The notes: a model not told the origin generated them from the sequence alone. Positions 47,123 through 59,984 are shown, counted from the first letter of the stretch. The stretch: 64,000 bases of DNA from Monocercomonoides exilis PA203 (GCA_001643675.2 LSRY02000011.1:1488001-1552000), one strand, 5' to 3'. Numbers and translations: made by a program.

Positions 47123-50100
47123 AAGCAGCCATTGCGTTCAGATAAGGATTGAGAGAAGCATCGTTCACAGGGACATAAGGGAGATACGCAGAAGGTTGCA
47201 GGGCGTATGTGGAAGTGACAGCGAAGCGGTAGATGCGGAAGAAGAGAGAAAGAGAATAGCAGATTTCTCTGGAGAGGAAAGGGAAGAAAGAGAAGAGGTC
47301 AAGAAAAGAGACGATGGTGGTGAGGACGAAGCGGGAGAGGCGGGTGAAGAGGTGGTTGGAGGAGGAGGAGGAGGAGGAGAAGGAGAAAGACGGGGCGAAG
47401 GAGGAGGAGCGGGAGAAGATGGAGGAAGAGGAAGAAGAAGAAGAAGAGGAAGAGGAGGAAGAGGAAGAAGGAGGAGGGGTGGTGGAAGTAATGATGGGAG
47501 AAAGAAGTCTGGCTGAAGTGAGTGGAGAAGGAGAAAAAGAGTTGGAGCGAAGAGAAGAGAGAGAAAGCAAGCCAACAGAAGAAGAAGAAGATGATGATGA
47601 TGATGATGATGATGAAGAAGAAGAAGAGAAAGAAAGAGGTGATGGAGAAGGAGAAGGAGCAGGGGAAGGGGAAGGGGAAGGAGAAGGCGAAGAGGAAGGA
47701 GAAGAGGAAGACGAAGGAGTAGGCTGATAAGGAGGAGGCGGAGGAGAAAGGGTGCCTGTGTCAGCAGAGGCAGTGAGGCAGTCGATGGCTTCTTCGAATG
47801 ATTTGAATGGATTTCCTTTCTGTTTGATGAAGCGATGGAGAAGAAGGACGTCTTTGGGGATGGGGGGATACGGTTTGTCTTGTTTGAGGGAGAGCATGTG
47901 GAGAGAGGTGGCTGGGAGAGGAGAGGAGGAGGAGGAGGAAGAAGAAGATGGAGAAGAAGAAGGAGAAGAAGAAGGAGAAGAAGAAGCGGAAGAAGATGTT
48001 GATTGCATATTCACAGAAATTGGGATTGTATTGCGAGAGCCAACAGAGCCTGCGCGTTTGATGTTTGATGAGTTTTGTGAGAGAGGCGAAGGAACAAGAA
48101 TTTGAGAGGAATTCTGTTTGGACAGATGAGAAGGTGGGGGTGGAGGGGGTGGGGGTGGGGCAGGGACCTTGGATTTGGGTTTGGATGAAGAAGAAGAAGA
48201 GGAAGAAGCAGAAGCAGATGAAGATGAAGATGAAGATGATGACGTTGATTGAACTGTATTCAGTTTCCCCTTCACTTGAGCACCTTCATCGTCTGCCTGG
48301 CTTGTTTCTTCGCTCTCTGCCTTCTCGTCCCATCCATCAAACCATTCTTCGTCTCCATCCAGCTCTGTCTCTGTCTCTGTCTCTGTGTCACTCGATGCTG
48401 TTGCTTCGGTTGTGTCTGATGATGAATATATTGAGTCATTTATTTCTTTCTCTTCTTTCTCTTCTTTCTTTTCTTTCTCTTTGCTCTTTTCTTTCTCTTC
48501 TTTCTCTTTTTTACCTCCTTTTTTGTTAATTGATTCGTTTGATTTCTCTTTTTCTTCATTCTCTTTTGCATTTTCATTGCCTTTTCCCCTTTGCACACTC
48601 ACATAATTAACTTCTTCCTCTTTTCCTTTCTCTTCTTCTCTTTCTTCTTCCTTTTCTTGTTTCTTCTTGTTCTTCTTCTCTTTCTTTTCCTTCTTTTCCT
48701 TCTTTTCCTTCTTCTCTTCTTTCTCCCTCTCTCCTATTCCAACTCTTTCTCCATCAGTAAAGCAACTGTCTGTCTCTTCCACTTCTCCTTTCTTGATCTT
48801 CTTCTCTTTCTTCTCCTTCTTCTCCTTTTTGTTCTTCTTCTTCTCTTTCTTCTCATTTTTATTTTTCTTTTTGTCTTTTCCTTTCCCTCCTTCTTCTCCA
48901 GCCATCGTCATCATCATCATCTTTGTTTCAACAATCTTCTTCTCCTCTTTCTCTTTCTCCTTCTCTTTCTCTTTCTCCTTCTTCTCCTTCTCCTTCTTCA
49001 CCCTCACAATTTTCTTCGCTTTTCTCCTTCTCCCCACCTCCTTCACATCAAACCCCCTCACATCCACTTTCCATTCTTCTTCTTCTTCGCACTTCTTCTT
49101 AATCACAAACATCGTGTCATGATGGATGTTAATGAAGAACTGCTTGAACTGAGCCAGAAGAAGGGAAGAAAGAACAGAAGAGGAAGAATTCTGCGGATTG
49201 ACGGCGCTGTATGGGAAGGAGGGAAGAGAAGGAAGATATTTCATAGGAGACGGGGGTGGGGGTCTTTGGATAGGGGAAGAGGATGAAGTGGATAAGGGAG
49301 AAGGAGAAGAAGGAGAAGAGGAAGGAGAAGAGGAAGGAGAGGGGGAAGAAGAGGAGGAGGAGGAAGAAGTTAATGGAGAAGGAGAAGAGGAAGAATTATT
49401 AGAACTCTCAGAGGAAGAAGGAGGATGGTCCACAAATGATACTTGCGATGTGGATGAAGAAGAAGTTATTTTGTCTGATGGCATTTCAGATGAAGAAGAG
49501 AAGGAAGAAGAGGAAGGAGAAGGAGAAGAAGAAGAAGGGGTTGTCTTTGAAGTGAAGGCAGAGCCAGTTGAAGAGATTGCTAATGAAGAAGAAGAAGAAG
49601 ATGTGTTTGTGTTTGTGTTTGTGGGTGATTGAGAAGGAGAAGGAAGAGAAGCGAAAGAGGAAGAAGGAGAAGGAGAAGGAGAAGGAGAAGGTGTGCTGTG
49701 TGAATGAGGAGGAGGAGGAGGCTGGGCTTTGGGACGAGGAAGAGAGACAGTTGAAGAGGAAGGAGAAGGAGAAGGAGAAGAAGGAGAAGGAGAAGGAGAA
49801 GAAGAAGAAGACAAGGAAGAAGAAGAAGAAGAAGAAGAAAGAGAAGAAGAAGAAGAAGATGATGATGATGATTGAGGTAGATGAGCTGGGATGGATTCTT
49901 CTTTTGGTGGGTCGAGCGAAGGAGGCAGTTCAAGTGAGGTGGACGATTGGATATGTGAAGATTTTGAAGGAGAGGAAAGAGAAGAAGAAGAAGAAGAAGA
50001 AGAAGAATCAGCAATAGAAGGGGAAACAGAGGGAGAAAGAGAAGGAGACAAAGAAGGAGTAAGAGAAGGAGAAGGTGTGGGTGTGATTGCCTGGTGGCTT

Positions 50101-53100
50101 GGATGAGCTGTTGAATCAGTGGAATTAGCAGATTGCAGAGAAGGTGACAGCGATGGAGAGGAAGATGGAGAAATGTCACCTGCTATTGAAGAAGATGAAG
50201 ATGAAGAAGCCAACAAAGAAGAAGAAGAAGAAGAAGAAGAAGAAGAAGAAGAAGAAGAAGAAGAAGAAGAAGAAGAAGAAGAAGAAGAAGAAGAAGAAGA
50301 AGAAGAAGAAGAAGAAGAAGAAGAAGAAGAAGAAGAAGAAGAAGAAGAAGAAGAAGACGATGATAACAATGAAGCCTGTCCTGTTTGCATTCCACCATTC
50401 CCCAATCCCCCATTATTGCTCCCTCCGTTCTTCACCACTCCTTGTCCAGGCGGCGGAGGAGCAAAGCTCGGAGGCTTCGGAAACGTCTTTTTCCCTCCCA
50501 TCCCGGGCGGCGCGGGGAATTTTGCTCCTTGTGGAGGCTTGGGAAAAGAACCTGTGCCTCTTCCTGGGGGGCGGGGGAAGGATTTTTTGGTGGTGGGTTT
50601 GTCTGATGGCTTGGTTTTGTCTTTGTCTTTTTCTTTTTCTTTTTCTTTTTCTTTCTCCTCTTTTTCATCTTTTCCTTTTTCTTTCTCTTCCTTTTCTTCT
50701 TTCTCTGTCTTTTCCTTTTTCTCTTCCTGTGCTTCTCCTTTTGTGTTCTCTTCTTCTGCATCCAATGGAACTGGTGGTGTGATTGCTCTTTCGGCTTCTG
50801 CTTCTTCTTTGGCCTTCTTCTTCGCTTCTTCTTCTTCTTCTTCTTCTTTTTCCTTTCTCTTTCTTTCTTCTTCTTCTTCTTCTCTTCTCTTTCTTTCTTC
50901 CTCTTCTTTCTTTCTTCTTGCCTCTTCCTCTTCTTCTCTTCTTTTTCTTTCTTCTTCCTCTTTTCTCTTTCTTTCTTCCTCTTCTTGCCTTTTCCTTTCT
51001 TCTTCCTCTTCCTTTCTCTTCTTCTCTTCCTCTTCCTCTTTCCTTTTTCGCTCCTCTTCTTCTTTTCTTCTCCTCTCTTCTTCTTCTTTCCTCAATCTTT
51101 CATAAAATTGCATTCTTTTGTTATCTTCCTCTTCCATTTTCTTTGTTTCTTCCTCTTCTTTCTTCCTCATCCTTTCTTGTTCTTCTCTTTCTCTTCGTTC
51201 TTTCTCTTCTTTCTCCTTCCTTTCCTTCTCTTCTCTTTCTCTTCTAATCTTTTCCTCTCTCTCTCTCCTCCTCCTCTCCTTTTCTTCCCTCCTCTTCCTC
51301 TCTCTTTCCTCCTTCCTCTTCCTCCTCCTTTCCTCTTCCTCTTTCTTCCTCTTCTCCTTTCTGTCCATCCATTCAACCCCTCCCACAAACAGATCCCCCA
51401 CAAGCATCATCCGCTTCACCAGCTCCTCCTCGTCCTCCATCTCCTTCATCGTCGACGGCGAGAAATTCGTCTTCTGGAACACGATGTTGATCTTCCTCTG
51501 CATCAGCTGCCAGAACGGCTGCCGGAACGCATTCAGATGCGCAAAGAGCGAAGAGGCCAGCGACGAAGACGACGCCAATGCCAGGAAAAACGAAGGAAAC
51601 CGGCTGAAATACGGTCGGATCAGCGGGTGCAGCCGGCGAGAGATGCGGGCGATTTGCGAGGAGGTCGCTCCTTTGCTCTTTGAAGAATAGCCTTTGCCGG
51701 TCTGTTTAGCTGCCCCGTCTTCATTTTCCTTCTCGTCGCTTTCGTTTCCTTCCTCGTCGCCGTTTTCCTCCTTCTTTTCGCCCTCTTCCCCTCCGAAGCC
51801 AAACTCCCGTTTTTCTGCTTTTTCTGCCTTAAAACTCTTTTCAGGAGAAGATTCCTGCTGTAATTTCTCCGGTAGATCAGACTGGAGGCTTTTGCTGGCA
51901 CTTCCAGAAAAGCGCCCGTTATTTTTATTTTTATTTTGTGTTTTTCCGGCAATCAACTTGTCAAATATTTCTGCCTCGCACATCCGATGGGCATCGGGCG
52001 AGAAGGCGTATGTGTACAAAATCATCTGGTGGAAGGAGAAGAGCAGCTCAGAATAGAACGAAAAGAGCTTCGCGAGGAACGGAATGAAGTGCGAGTGCGG
52101 AATCAAAGGTGCCAGTATATCGAAGGAGGAGACGGAGGATGAGGCTTGACTTTCAAGAGAAGAAAATGGAAAAGTTGGTACAGCTTTCTAATTTTTATTA
52201 GAAAAAATAAAACAAATATTATTATTATTATTATTTTGTTTGTTTGTTGACATATTTAATGAAAATGTGAAATAATCAGTGAATAGTAATAGGACATACT
52301 TTTAAATAATTGCTTAGGACTCGCGTTGTCCCTTGGTTCATTTCATCAAGCAGAGCAGATCTGACTGAATCGAAAGGCGATGTTGGAGAAAATGTTGTAC
52401 TTGCAATGCAATATGGATTCAGCGTCAAAAGATCAAAACTGTGTAGGATTGTGTGAAATGTTGTTTTCAATGATTGTATCAAATTAACAAGTTTTTAAGG
52501 ATTAAATGATACAAAGTTTTATGTTAAATCATATTTGTTTAAAAATCTTAACAGAAAGAATTCACACCATAGCAAAATGTCCATCATTTGTTTTTCGTTA
52601 AATGAAAGACAAATAGAATGCAATTCACTTTCCATTTGTTCTGTAAACGATTTTGTCGATGTCTTTTGAAATTATTCAAAGATAATACAAACTACAAATG
52701 AAAAACGAAGTTTGATTTTAAAAAAAAGCATACGGAAAGAAATAAATCTTGTCCCTTCAACGCTGTAATCTTGCTTGATATTTGTTTATATCCTAGTGCC
52801 TTTGAAATTGATTCAAGTCCCTTTTGCAAAAAGATTTTTATTTATTGAAATAAGCAAAATTTTGTTTTGTGTCAAACTGTCCTAAAATCTCGAATGGTAT
52901 TACAGTATTTTATTTGCTTCGTCACTTGTAAGTATTGATTCATATTTGAAACGATGTCAGAAACAGACTTTAAATAAATTTGCAATTAAATATTTTCGAA
53001 GAAATACTGAACATACTAAAAGTTTCGCTTTCCGTCTGTATTTCGTGGATATTGCTGCTCCATTGGAAAACAACTCTTCATCAACTCTTTTAAGAACATG

Positions 53101-53422
53101 GCGGCATGTTTGAATTGCTTCGTGAGTTCGGGAAACATCGTATGTTATGTTGTGGATATGACTTGTTGCTTTGACTGAATATTTCAAAGATTAAAAACAA
53201 TAATTCAAAAATTATTTCACAATCATTCATATAAGGCATACGGAATGATTCGTAATTTGCAAATACTTTTCTTGAAAGTTCCAAGGTTTTTCTTTCAAGC
53301 TCTCTGCTTTTGTTGTCAATCTGTTCGTCAATTCCTTTTTGTGAAATTTCTGATGCGCTCATAGCAGTTGTTGCTTGCAAGAAATCGTCATATTCTTGCA
53401 TGTTTTTACCATTGGATTCCAT
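42199..53422 (-). CDS. VPS50: VPS50/syndetin (EARP complex subunit) with very large low-complexity insertions (multi-exon, roughly 3,000+ aa)
   Basis: N-terminal exons LELSRKVFANYESF and AIQTCRHVLKRVDEELFSNGAAISTKYRRK. Internal QFKQFFINIHHDT...EEEEWK. C-terminal exons TK|WDVKEPYADCNNYVNHISTEFMAF and DG|FSRIRKITNFGRSSIGLD align with known VPS50 blocks (KWDVKE..., GYANVKKCSNEGRALMQLD). Confidence 0.85.
43095..43372. repeat. (AAAAG)n pentanucleotide microsatellite in a VPS50 intron
   Basis: About 275 bp of AAAAG with a few AATAG variants. Confidence 0.95.
50218..50355. repeat. Pure (GAA)46 repeat encoding poly-Ser (TCT) on the minus strand inside VPS50
   Basis: Uninterrupted GAA run inside the open minus-strand frame. 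Confidence 0.95.
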
Positions 53423-53613
53423 AGCTTCCCCGTATTTTCCTCGAATAATTGTTTGGTATGATCAGATGGACCATAAGTAATGTTATTGGCAATGAAAATT
53501 ATGAAATTTTTATTAAAATACAACATAAAATATGTACTAAAATGTAGTGTGACATGGCCATGATGAAATGAAAAAAGAAGTGACAGAAATAATCACAGGA
53601 ATAGATAAAATAA

Positions 53614-55039
53614 TCACGAGATAATCTTCCAAGATGAGCCTTTGTTAAATAAAGTTGCAGCCATCCAAACGCTACCCATAAGCATCTCGCAATTTGCAAG
53701 TTCTGCACATTTTGCTCCGTTCACTTGAAATGTTAGAGAGCCTTTAGTTACATCAACCGTCATTGTGACCTGAAAAATTAAATTATTAATAAATAAATAA
53801 AAAAACATCAAATGTGATATTACAAAAAAAGTAGAGCATTCAATAATGAAAAAGTGCATGTGTTGTTAATTTGAAAGTTTTCATACTAAATCATTTGAAG
53901 TGTATCCGTGAGTGGATTCAGCAACTTTTTGCGTCTGACAAAATATGCCAAGTGATGAGGAATGATCATGCAGGCCAAAGCCAATTAGACCATTTTTATA
54001 TCCAAATCCTCTGTTGAATGCAGGAGGAATATCCAATAGAACACCCAGAGAGTATCGATTTGGTCGTGGAATGCTCATCTTAATTGTTATTGATACGCTT
54101 CCTTTTGTAATAGGCTCCTCACCCAGAAGAATAAGATGATCCCCATCATCTCCTGTAACGGTAACTGCCTTTCCATCAGAGCTCACAGTTAATCCAGGCG
54201 ATTTGTGTATTGTATTCCAGACAACTATTAATATTCGTTTAAAAATTCGGAATAATGTTTGTCATTAAAAATTAAGGAAAAATAAATAATATTTTACTAA
54301 AAGTGCATTGCTAGAAAATGTATTGCACACGTTTATATGGGGTAATTTCGGGTCTAAAAAGGGAAAAAAATATAATAAAAAGAAAGTTCTGGTTTCACCA
54401 TAAAAAACTGCACACAGCAAATCGAATTGCTTTATTTGATGATTAAATAATCTTTCAATTTCGTCGTTTTCAAAAGTTAAGCTGAAATGATCAGATCTTA
54501 GAAAGTCCAGAATATGAGAAAAGGCAGTTGGATTACAGTCAAGAAAAATGTGTCCATCTTTATCGTAATGATGTTGATGTTTCCCGCTAGTTGCATGAAA
54601 TTAAATAAAATAAAAATTTTAGTATGTAACAATTGCCCAAACCTCACAATTTGTGCAAGAGTTGAACCAGGTTTGCTACATTATTTCAATGAAAAAATAA
54701 ATTATTAATGTAATAAAATTACAAAAACTTAATAATCAAACGACATTATCGTTTCTCTAAGTACAGGCATCAAGGTACCTCCAATGTTCAACACAACAAC
54801 ATCAGAATCCTTTTGTTCAGAAATACCGCAAATATACCAAAAGAGAGAAAGAAAATGATAAATACCTCTTCGTCGCTTCCACTTTCGCTGTCGCTTAAAG
54901 GATTTTCTTTGAAGAAAATTCTTTTTTCAGCTTCAAGTTCAATTCGCTGATTGGTTATGTAATCTCGTTCAAAGTTTAATCTCTCTTGTATACTTTGCAT
55001 TTTTGCTCTAAATTCTTCACGTTCTTTCTCAAACGACAT
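53614..55039 (-). CDS. Coiled-coil + KCTD-type BTB/POZ + SPRY/B30.2-like protein (multi-exon)
   Basis: Spliced VVVLNIGG...SKPGSTLAQIVSGKHQHHYDKDGHIFLDCNPTAFSHILDFLRS (T1-type BTB), followed by WNTIHKSPGLTVSSDGK...GYTSNDL|VTMTVDVTKGSLTFQVNG (SPRY-like). Confidence 0.8.
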
Positions 55040-56203
55040 ATATGTTTTTTTCAGCTCAAGTGCTGCGTTAAAAACAATATCTATGAATTAGTGAAATGAT
55101 GTTGGGTATAATTGATCAGAATAACCAATAAGTCAAAAAGTGCAAATAACTTTGTGATAATACAAATATTTTAATTTGTTTATTTTCAATTTTGCTTTGT
55201 TATTTGGAAATTTCTGTGTTGTCTCTGCAATGAAATAACTTAACATATTTTTTAAACCTTCATTTGATCATTAAAAGTTTTCAAATAAAATTCAGTTTTT
55301 CAGAAATTTTGATTCATCAAGGAAAAAATGATGAAGTCAAGGATATTTTTATCACATAATTTTAAGATATTTTTTGAATTCTATATTATTGTGACTTAAT
55401 CATAACACATTTCCATTTTCTTCAAAACAACGAAACAAAATTGATGCAGTCAAAATTGAATAATTTCACTAAAACACTTTAACAATTAAAAAGGAAATAT
55501 CTCCGAATTTTATAATAAGGGAAGCAACATTATTTAAAAAAATCTTATGGTGATTTTTTGTTGAACAAAAAAATTTTGACTCGTATTTTTTTTCATTTTC
55601 AAAATTACTTCATGAATACTTTCTTTTTAATAAAAGTTAAAAACAATTCTTATCATGTTGGAATATTTTCCTGTCTTTTTTTGAACATATGGGGGAAATT
55701 TTTTCACTTCATGCATTTTTTTTGAAAATTTATGAACTTTTCTTTGGCTTTTTTAGATCAAAAAACTCAGTAAAAATGGGTCCATATTTTGACACTTGTG
55801 AATTGTGTGGGGAAATGTGGACTTTCAAGCTTTTATTGCACAAAATGAAAAATAATGGGTTTTCTCATAACTTCGAAAACTTTTTCAAATTATAAAACAA
55901 GTTGGATTTCACAAACAATAAACATAAATCACAGAAAACATTACACAAAGTGCTTTCGAATCTCACATTTATTTCAAAAAACGAACTAATTTTCATTGAG
56001 TTTTTCGATCACAAAAAGAAAATCAAACATGCATAATTTTACTATGAAAATGTCTGAAGTTCGATATTTTTCCCCATACCATTATTTGAAGAATTTCTAG
56101 AGATACCTCATGCATGTCAATTTCTAATCTGAAAAGAAAAACAATAAATTTGATTAAAAACAAAATGTTTGATAGATTAATTGGTAAATGCAGAAGATAG
56201 GGG

Positions 56204-56278
56204 TAGCCCTGGGTGACGTGATGACATCTGACGTGACCTTTTCGATTTTTGACGGACGTGACAGATTTTTCCACGTCA

Positions 56279-56333
<55 letters not shown>

Positions 56334-58008
56334 AATTTTTCATTTATATCCCGATAATTATTTGTATATTTATTAATTAAATGCTGTTTTTTTTCAGTCA
56401 TTTTTTGAGAAATTAATTTTCAAATTCTTCCAAATCAAAAAATCCATAACATAATTTTCACTGACGTGTGAGCAAAAATCGGAATTTTGACTCGTCACCG
56501 AAGTCACAAGTCACTGACGTCATTTTAAGTCAGATGAAGAAAACTTTTTGAAGAAGTCTTTGCTTAAAAACTAAACAAATGAAGTGGAAATCTAATGCGT
56601 TTCTTTTATGAATAGCTTTCACCCATAGTGATACAATTGTTATCGATTATTACTGTTTTTTCGTTTGGAAGCAATTTTTTGAAGGCTGTAATTGTTGTCG
56701 GACAATGAGAATCATCTTTTTTCTGAATGAATATGTTTCATGCTTCACAATATTTTCCAAGTTTGTATATTTTTGATTTTTATTATTCGACTTATTTATT
56801 TCAGGAATTGAAGTCTGTTATTATCTGGGATGGAAATTTTTATCTCTCAAGTTTATTAATTGAAATTTCCAGATTTCTTGTTGAATCACAAGTTAATAGT
56901 TGATTTTTCCTTTTTTCAATATGATAATTCCAAGAACTTAATATGATTTGAATGAAAAACAACAGCATTCATTTATAAGTTCACAAACAAAAAAAAAAAA
57001 AAATGTTGAACAGACTAACCAAATTTGCATAATTGAAAAGGATTCGTCAAATTTAATGAATATGACAAATAACATCATTTTGATAAAGCGAGAGAGATAA
57101 TAAGCTTCAACGAATTTCAAAAGAATAAAAACTCATGTTTTGGTGTGATTTGTTTTATCTGATTTCTTTGATTTTGTGGAAAAAGATTCCTATTTCCCTT
57201 GAAAAAGATAAAAAAGAATTAAAATAAATAAAAACTCATAAAAGTCAAAACCATGTTCAACATAAACATACAGAATGTCTCGCATCACTGAGATCCAACA
57301 TAGCCTTTTCCACTCACTTTTGAAACTCTTTTCCATCTTCCTTGTTCAAAGCAGCTCTTATCAAATGAGTCTCGTTGATTTGAAATGATCAATGGGGTGA
57401 AATGATGATTTGAAAAATATTGCTTCGTTAATAATGAAACGAGTATATATAAATCTCATTCCACAAAACAACACATTCAATTCTTTTTCTTTCCGTTTTC
57501 ACAATTCCTCATTTCAATCTTCCAGTCCAGACAACAATTCGAAAAAATATGTGATTTTCAAGAGATCAAAGACAAATACATTACAAACATGTTAATTTTC
57601 GAATGCACTTATTCACCTGTAATTCGGAAAACTTTTCACAGCAAAAATCATCCATTTTTTTTTCATCAACACCGAATGAGCGCAGTCTGGTAAAACGAAA
57701 CAATATTATATAAAGAAATATTCTCAGTCACGATGATATCTGCATTTATGTTTCGCTTTTTCATATACACATTTTTCATTTGAAATTGAACAGAAAAACA
57801 CTTTTTGATTTTTGCAGAATTTTGTTATGGTGCTTTTGATCTTGATTTTCATCTAATCAAATTCAATCAAATCATTTAATAGACTTTTGCTATCACATAT
57901 AGCAAGTTTTTCAGTATTAAATATCTCTAACTTTTTTTTTTTTTTTTTACGTAGTGGAAAACTTGTGACGGACGTGGAGAATTTTTTTCTTCACGTCACC
58001 CAGGGCTA
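56204..58008. mobile_element. Nested 1.8-kb non-autonomous TIR element (hAT-like)
   Basis: Termini TAGCCCTGGGTGACGTGA ... TCACGTCACCCAGGGCTA, flanked by GATAGGGG at 56196-56203 and 58009-58016 (a 10-bp AGATAGGGGT TSD also fits). Subterminal GTGACG/CGTCAC motifs and mirrored polyA/polyT tracts. Confidence 0.88.
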
Positions 58009-58196
58009 GATAGGGGTACCTATTTTTTTTGTTTGATCCTAGAAAAAATGGTATAAACAACAACAAATGGATATATATGTAATATTCACATCACTTAAAG
58101 TGAAATATATTTGCACATTTTTGCTGACAAATTATGCTCATTTTTTCAGAAAATATTGGATTGATCAGTTTTCGTTATTATTTGATCCTGACTGAA

Positions 58197-59225
58197 ATGG
58201 AAACAAATATATCTATTTCGAGATATTAAAGAATGTTTATGGACCCTGATTGCGCTTGGACGTGGTATCGAGTGCAATTACTTAATTGCTGTTCCAAAAA
58301 ATGCACGAATTGTCAAAAACCAATGAATTTATGTCTTAATATGGGGAAGCGTTGCTGGATATGTAAAAATTGCAAAAGAAAAATAAGTGTTTATAAGGAC
58401 ACTTCGTTTTTCATGTCAAAGATTGGGATATCAAAACTTCTTCAACTTTAACTTTTTTTATATATGAAATTAAATTTCAAACAAATCTCGTATTTAGTGG
58501 GCATAAGCAGAGATACTGTTTCATATTGGGCAAGCGTTTCTCGAACAGCTGCTGTTAACACTGTTGCGAAAATGGATTTGATATTGGGAGGATCAGAGTG
58601 CATCGTTGAAATAGATGAAGCCGTTCTACGCAAAAGAAAATTCAAAAAAGGAAGGGACAAGCAATAAATATGGATCTTTGGAATGGTGGAGCGGAAAACT
58701 GATCGTAACCAAGGAAAATGTTTGATTGTTCGTGTCGAAAACAGAAAGAAAGAAACTTTGATACCCATTATTGAAAAATTCGTAAAAAAGCAGACAACAG
58801 TTTATTCTGATGAGTGGCGCGCGTATTCCTGTTTGAATTCTTTGGGTTTTAAACATTCAACGGTTTGCCATAAGTATCGGTTCAAAGATAAAATAACATC
58901 TGCTTGCACGAACATAATCGAAGGGCTTTGGAGTCAATTAAGAAGGTTTTTACCACGTACAAGTACAAGATTAAAATTTTTTGATAATTATTTGGCAAGT
59001 TTTATGATGGAAAAAAACAAACCTTTACAATTTCACGAGTATGTTAGAATGATTCATGACTTTGTTCCTACAAAGGAGTACGAAAATCAAAAGGAGCAAA
59101 TTAGAGATTTTGTAGATGAAAACACAGAGACTGATAGCGACATAACTCTAACAGCTGAAGAATCATCGGACGAGGATCTAGGAGCAGGTGATGGTGGTGA
59201 TGCTTCTGAATACACTGAAAATTGA
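58197..59225 (+). pseudogene. ISXO2/IS1595-family DDE transposase in a single frame with three in-frame TAA codons
   Basis: Zn ribbon CTNC...CKNC, HTH-like FKQISYLVGISRDTVSYW, catalytic motifs VEIDEA, YSDEWRAY and TNIIEGLW. TAA at 58227, 58449 and 58665; ends TGA at 59223-59225. Confidence 0.9.
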
Positions 59226-59984
59226 ATTTTTTAGTATTTTTTTCACATTCACAAAACATCTCAAGAATTCACTCAATATACTCATTTATTTTTTTAAAAC
59301 AGCATAGAAATAGTCAATGAAGCTTTTTGAGTGCATACAAATATTTTTCTATTAAAAAAATAGGTACCCCTATCTTCTGCTCTTACCGATTAATTTTATA
59401 TTTCTATGAAAAATAAGTTAAAAATTGAACGAAAAGAAATATTCATTAATAATAAAGACCTTCACAATGACAAAAAAATATTCAAAAATTTAAGTTTGAT
59501 GATGATATTAAAAATCACAATAAATATAGTTGATGATAAATGTTCACGAAACGTAAAACATTATAATGTTTCACATGAAAAGAAAAACATAACATTACCC
59601 ACAAGTTAAAACACAAATAACATTTCAAAAAATGAAATAAAAATTAAAGTTTCTTCTTCATAAAAATTTTTATTGAAATGAAAAGTTGGAAAAGAAAGCA
59701 AGAAAATGTTAAATTATCCAGCTTTCATTCCCATCATCTTCATCACAAATAGATGCATTTTATGAATTAGCGGTTTTGTCAAAATTTCTTATTGTTATTT
59801 TGACTGTCCGTATCTACTTGTCACAATTCGTTTAATTCAACTCAACTCCAACAAAAGCTTGTTTGCTTTATTTAAAGATTCATTCATTCTTTTTTCTGGT
59901 TGTGTTCTCGCAAGAGCATTTTCTAATATTTCCTTTCATCTTCAATATTTCTTTTCCATCTGTTCTCTACTTTCCAATTTGGTA

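Larger units (their letters stand above)
56183..59387 (+). mobile_element. Merlin/IS1595 (ISXO2-like) DNA transposon with 8-bp TSD GATTAATT; left TIR interrupted by a nested element
   Basis: GATTAATT at 56175-56182 and 59388-59395. Reconstructed left TIR GGTAAATGCAGAAGATAGGGGTACCTATTTTTTT versus right TIR (reverse complement) GGTAAGAGCAGAAGATAGGGGTACCTATTTTTTT. ISXO2-type transposase inside. Confidence 0.92.

Noticed and set aside
44825-52142. Many poly-Glu/Lys/Leu ORFs on alternative frames
   Set aside because: Artefacts of stop-poor GAA/TCT repeats inside the VPS50 exon.
56280-56332. PolyA tract as a retroelement tail
   Set aside because: It is mirrored by a polyT tract near the opposite end of the TIR element and has no separate TSD or upstream retro-ORF.
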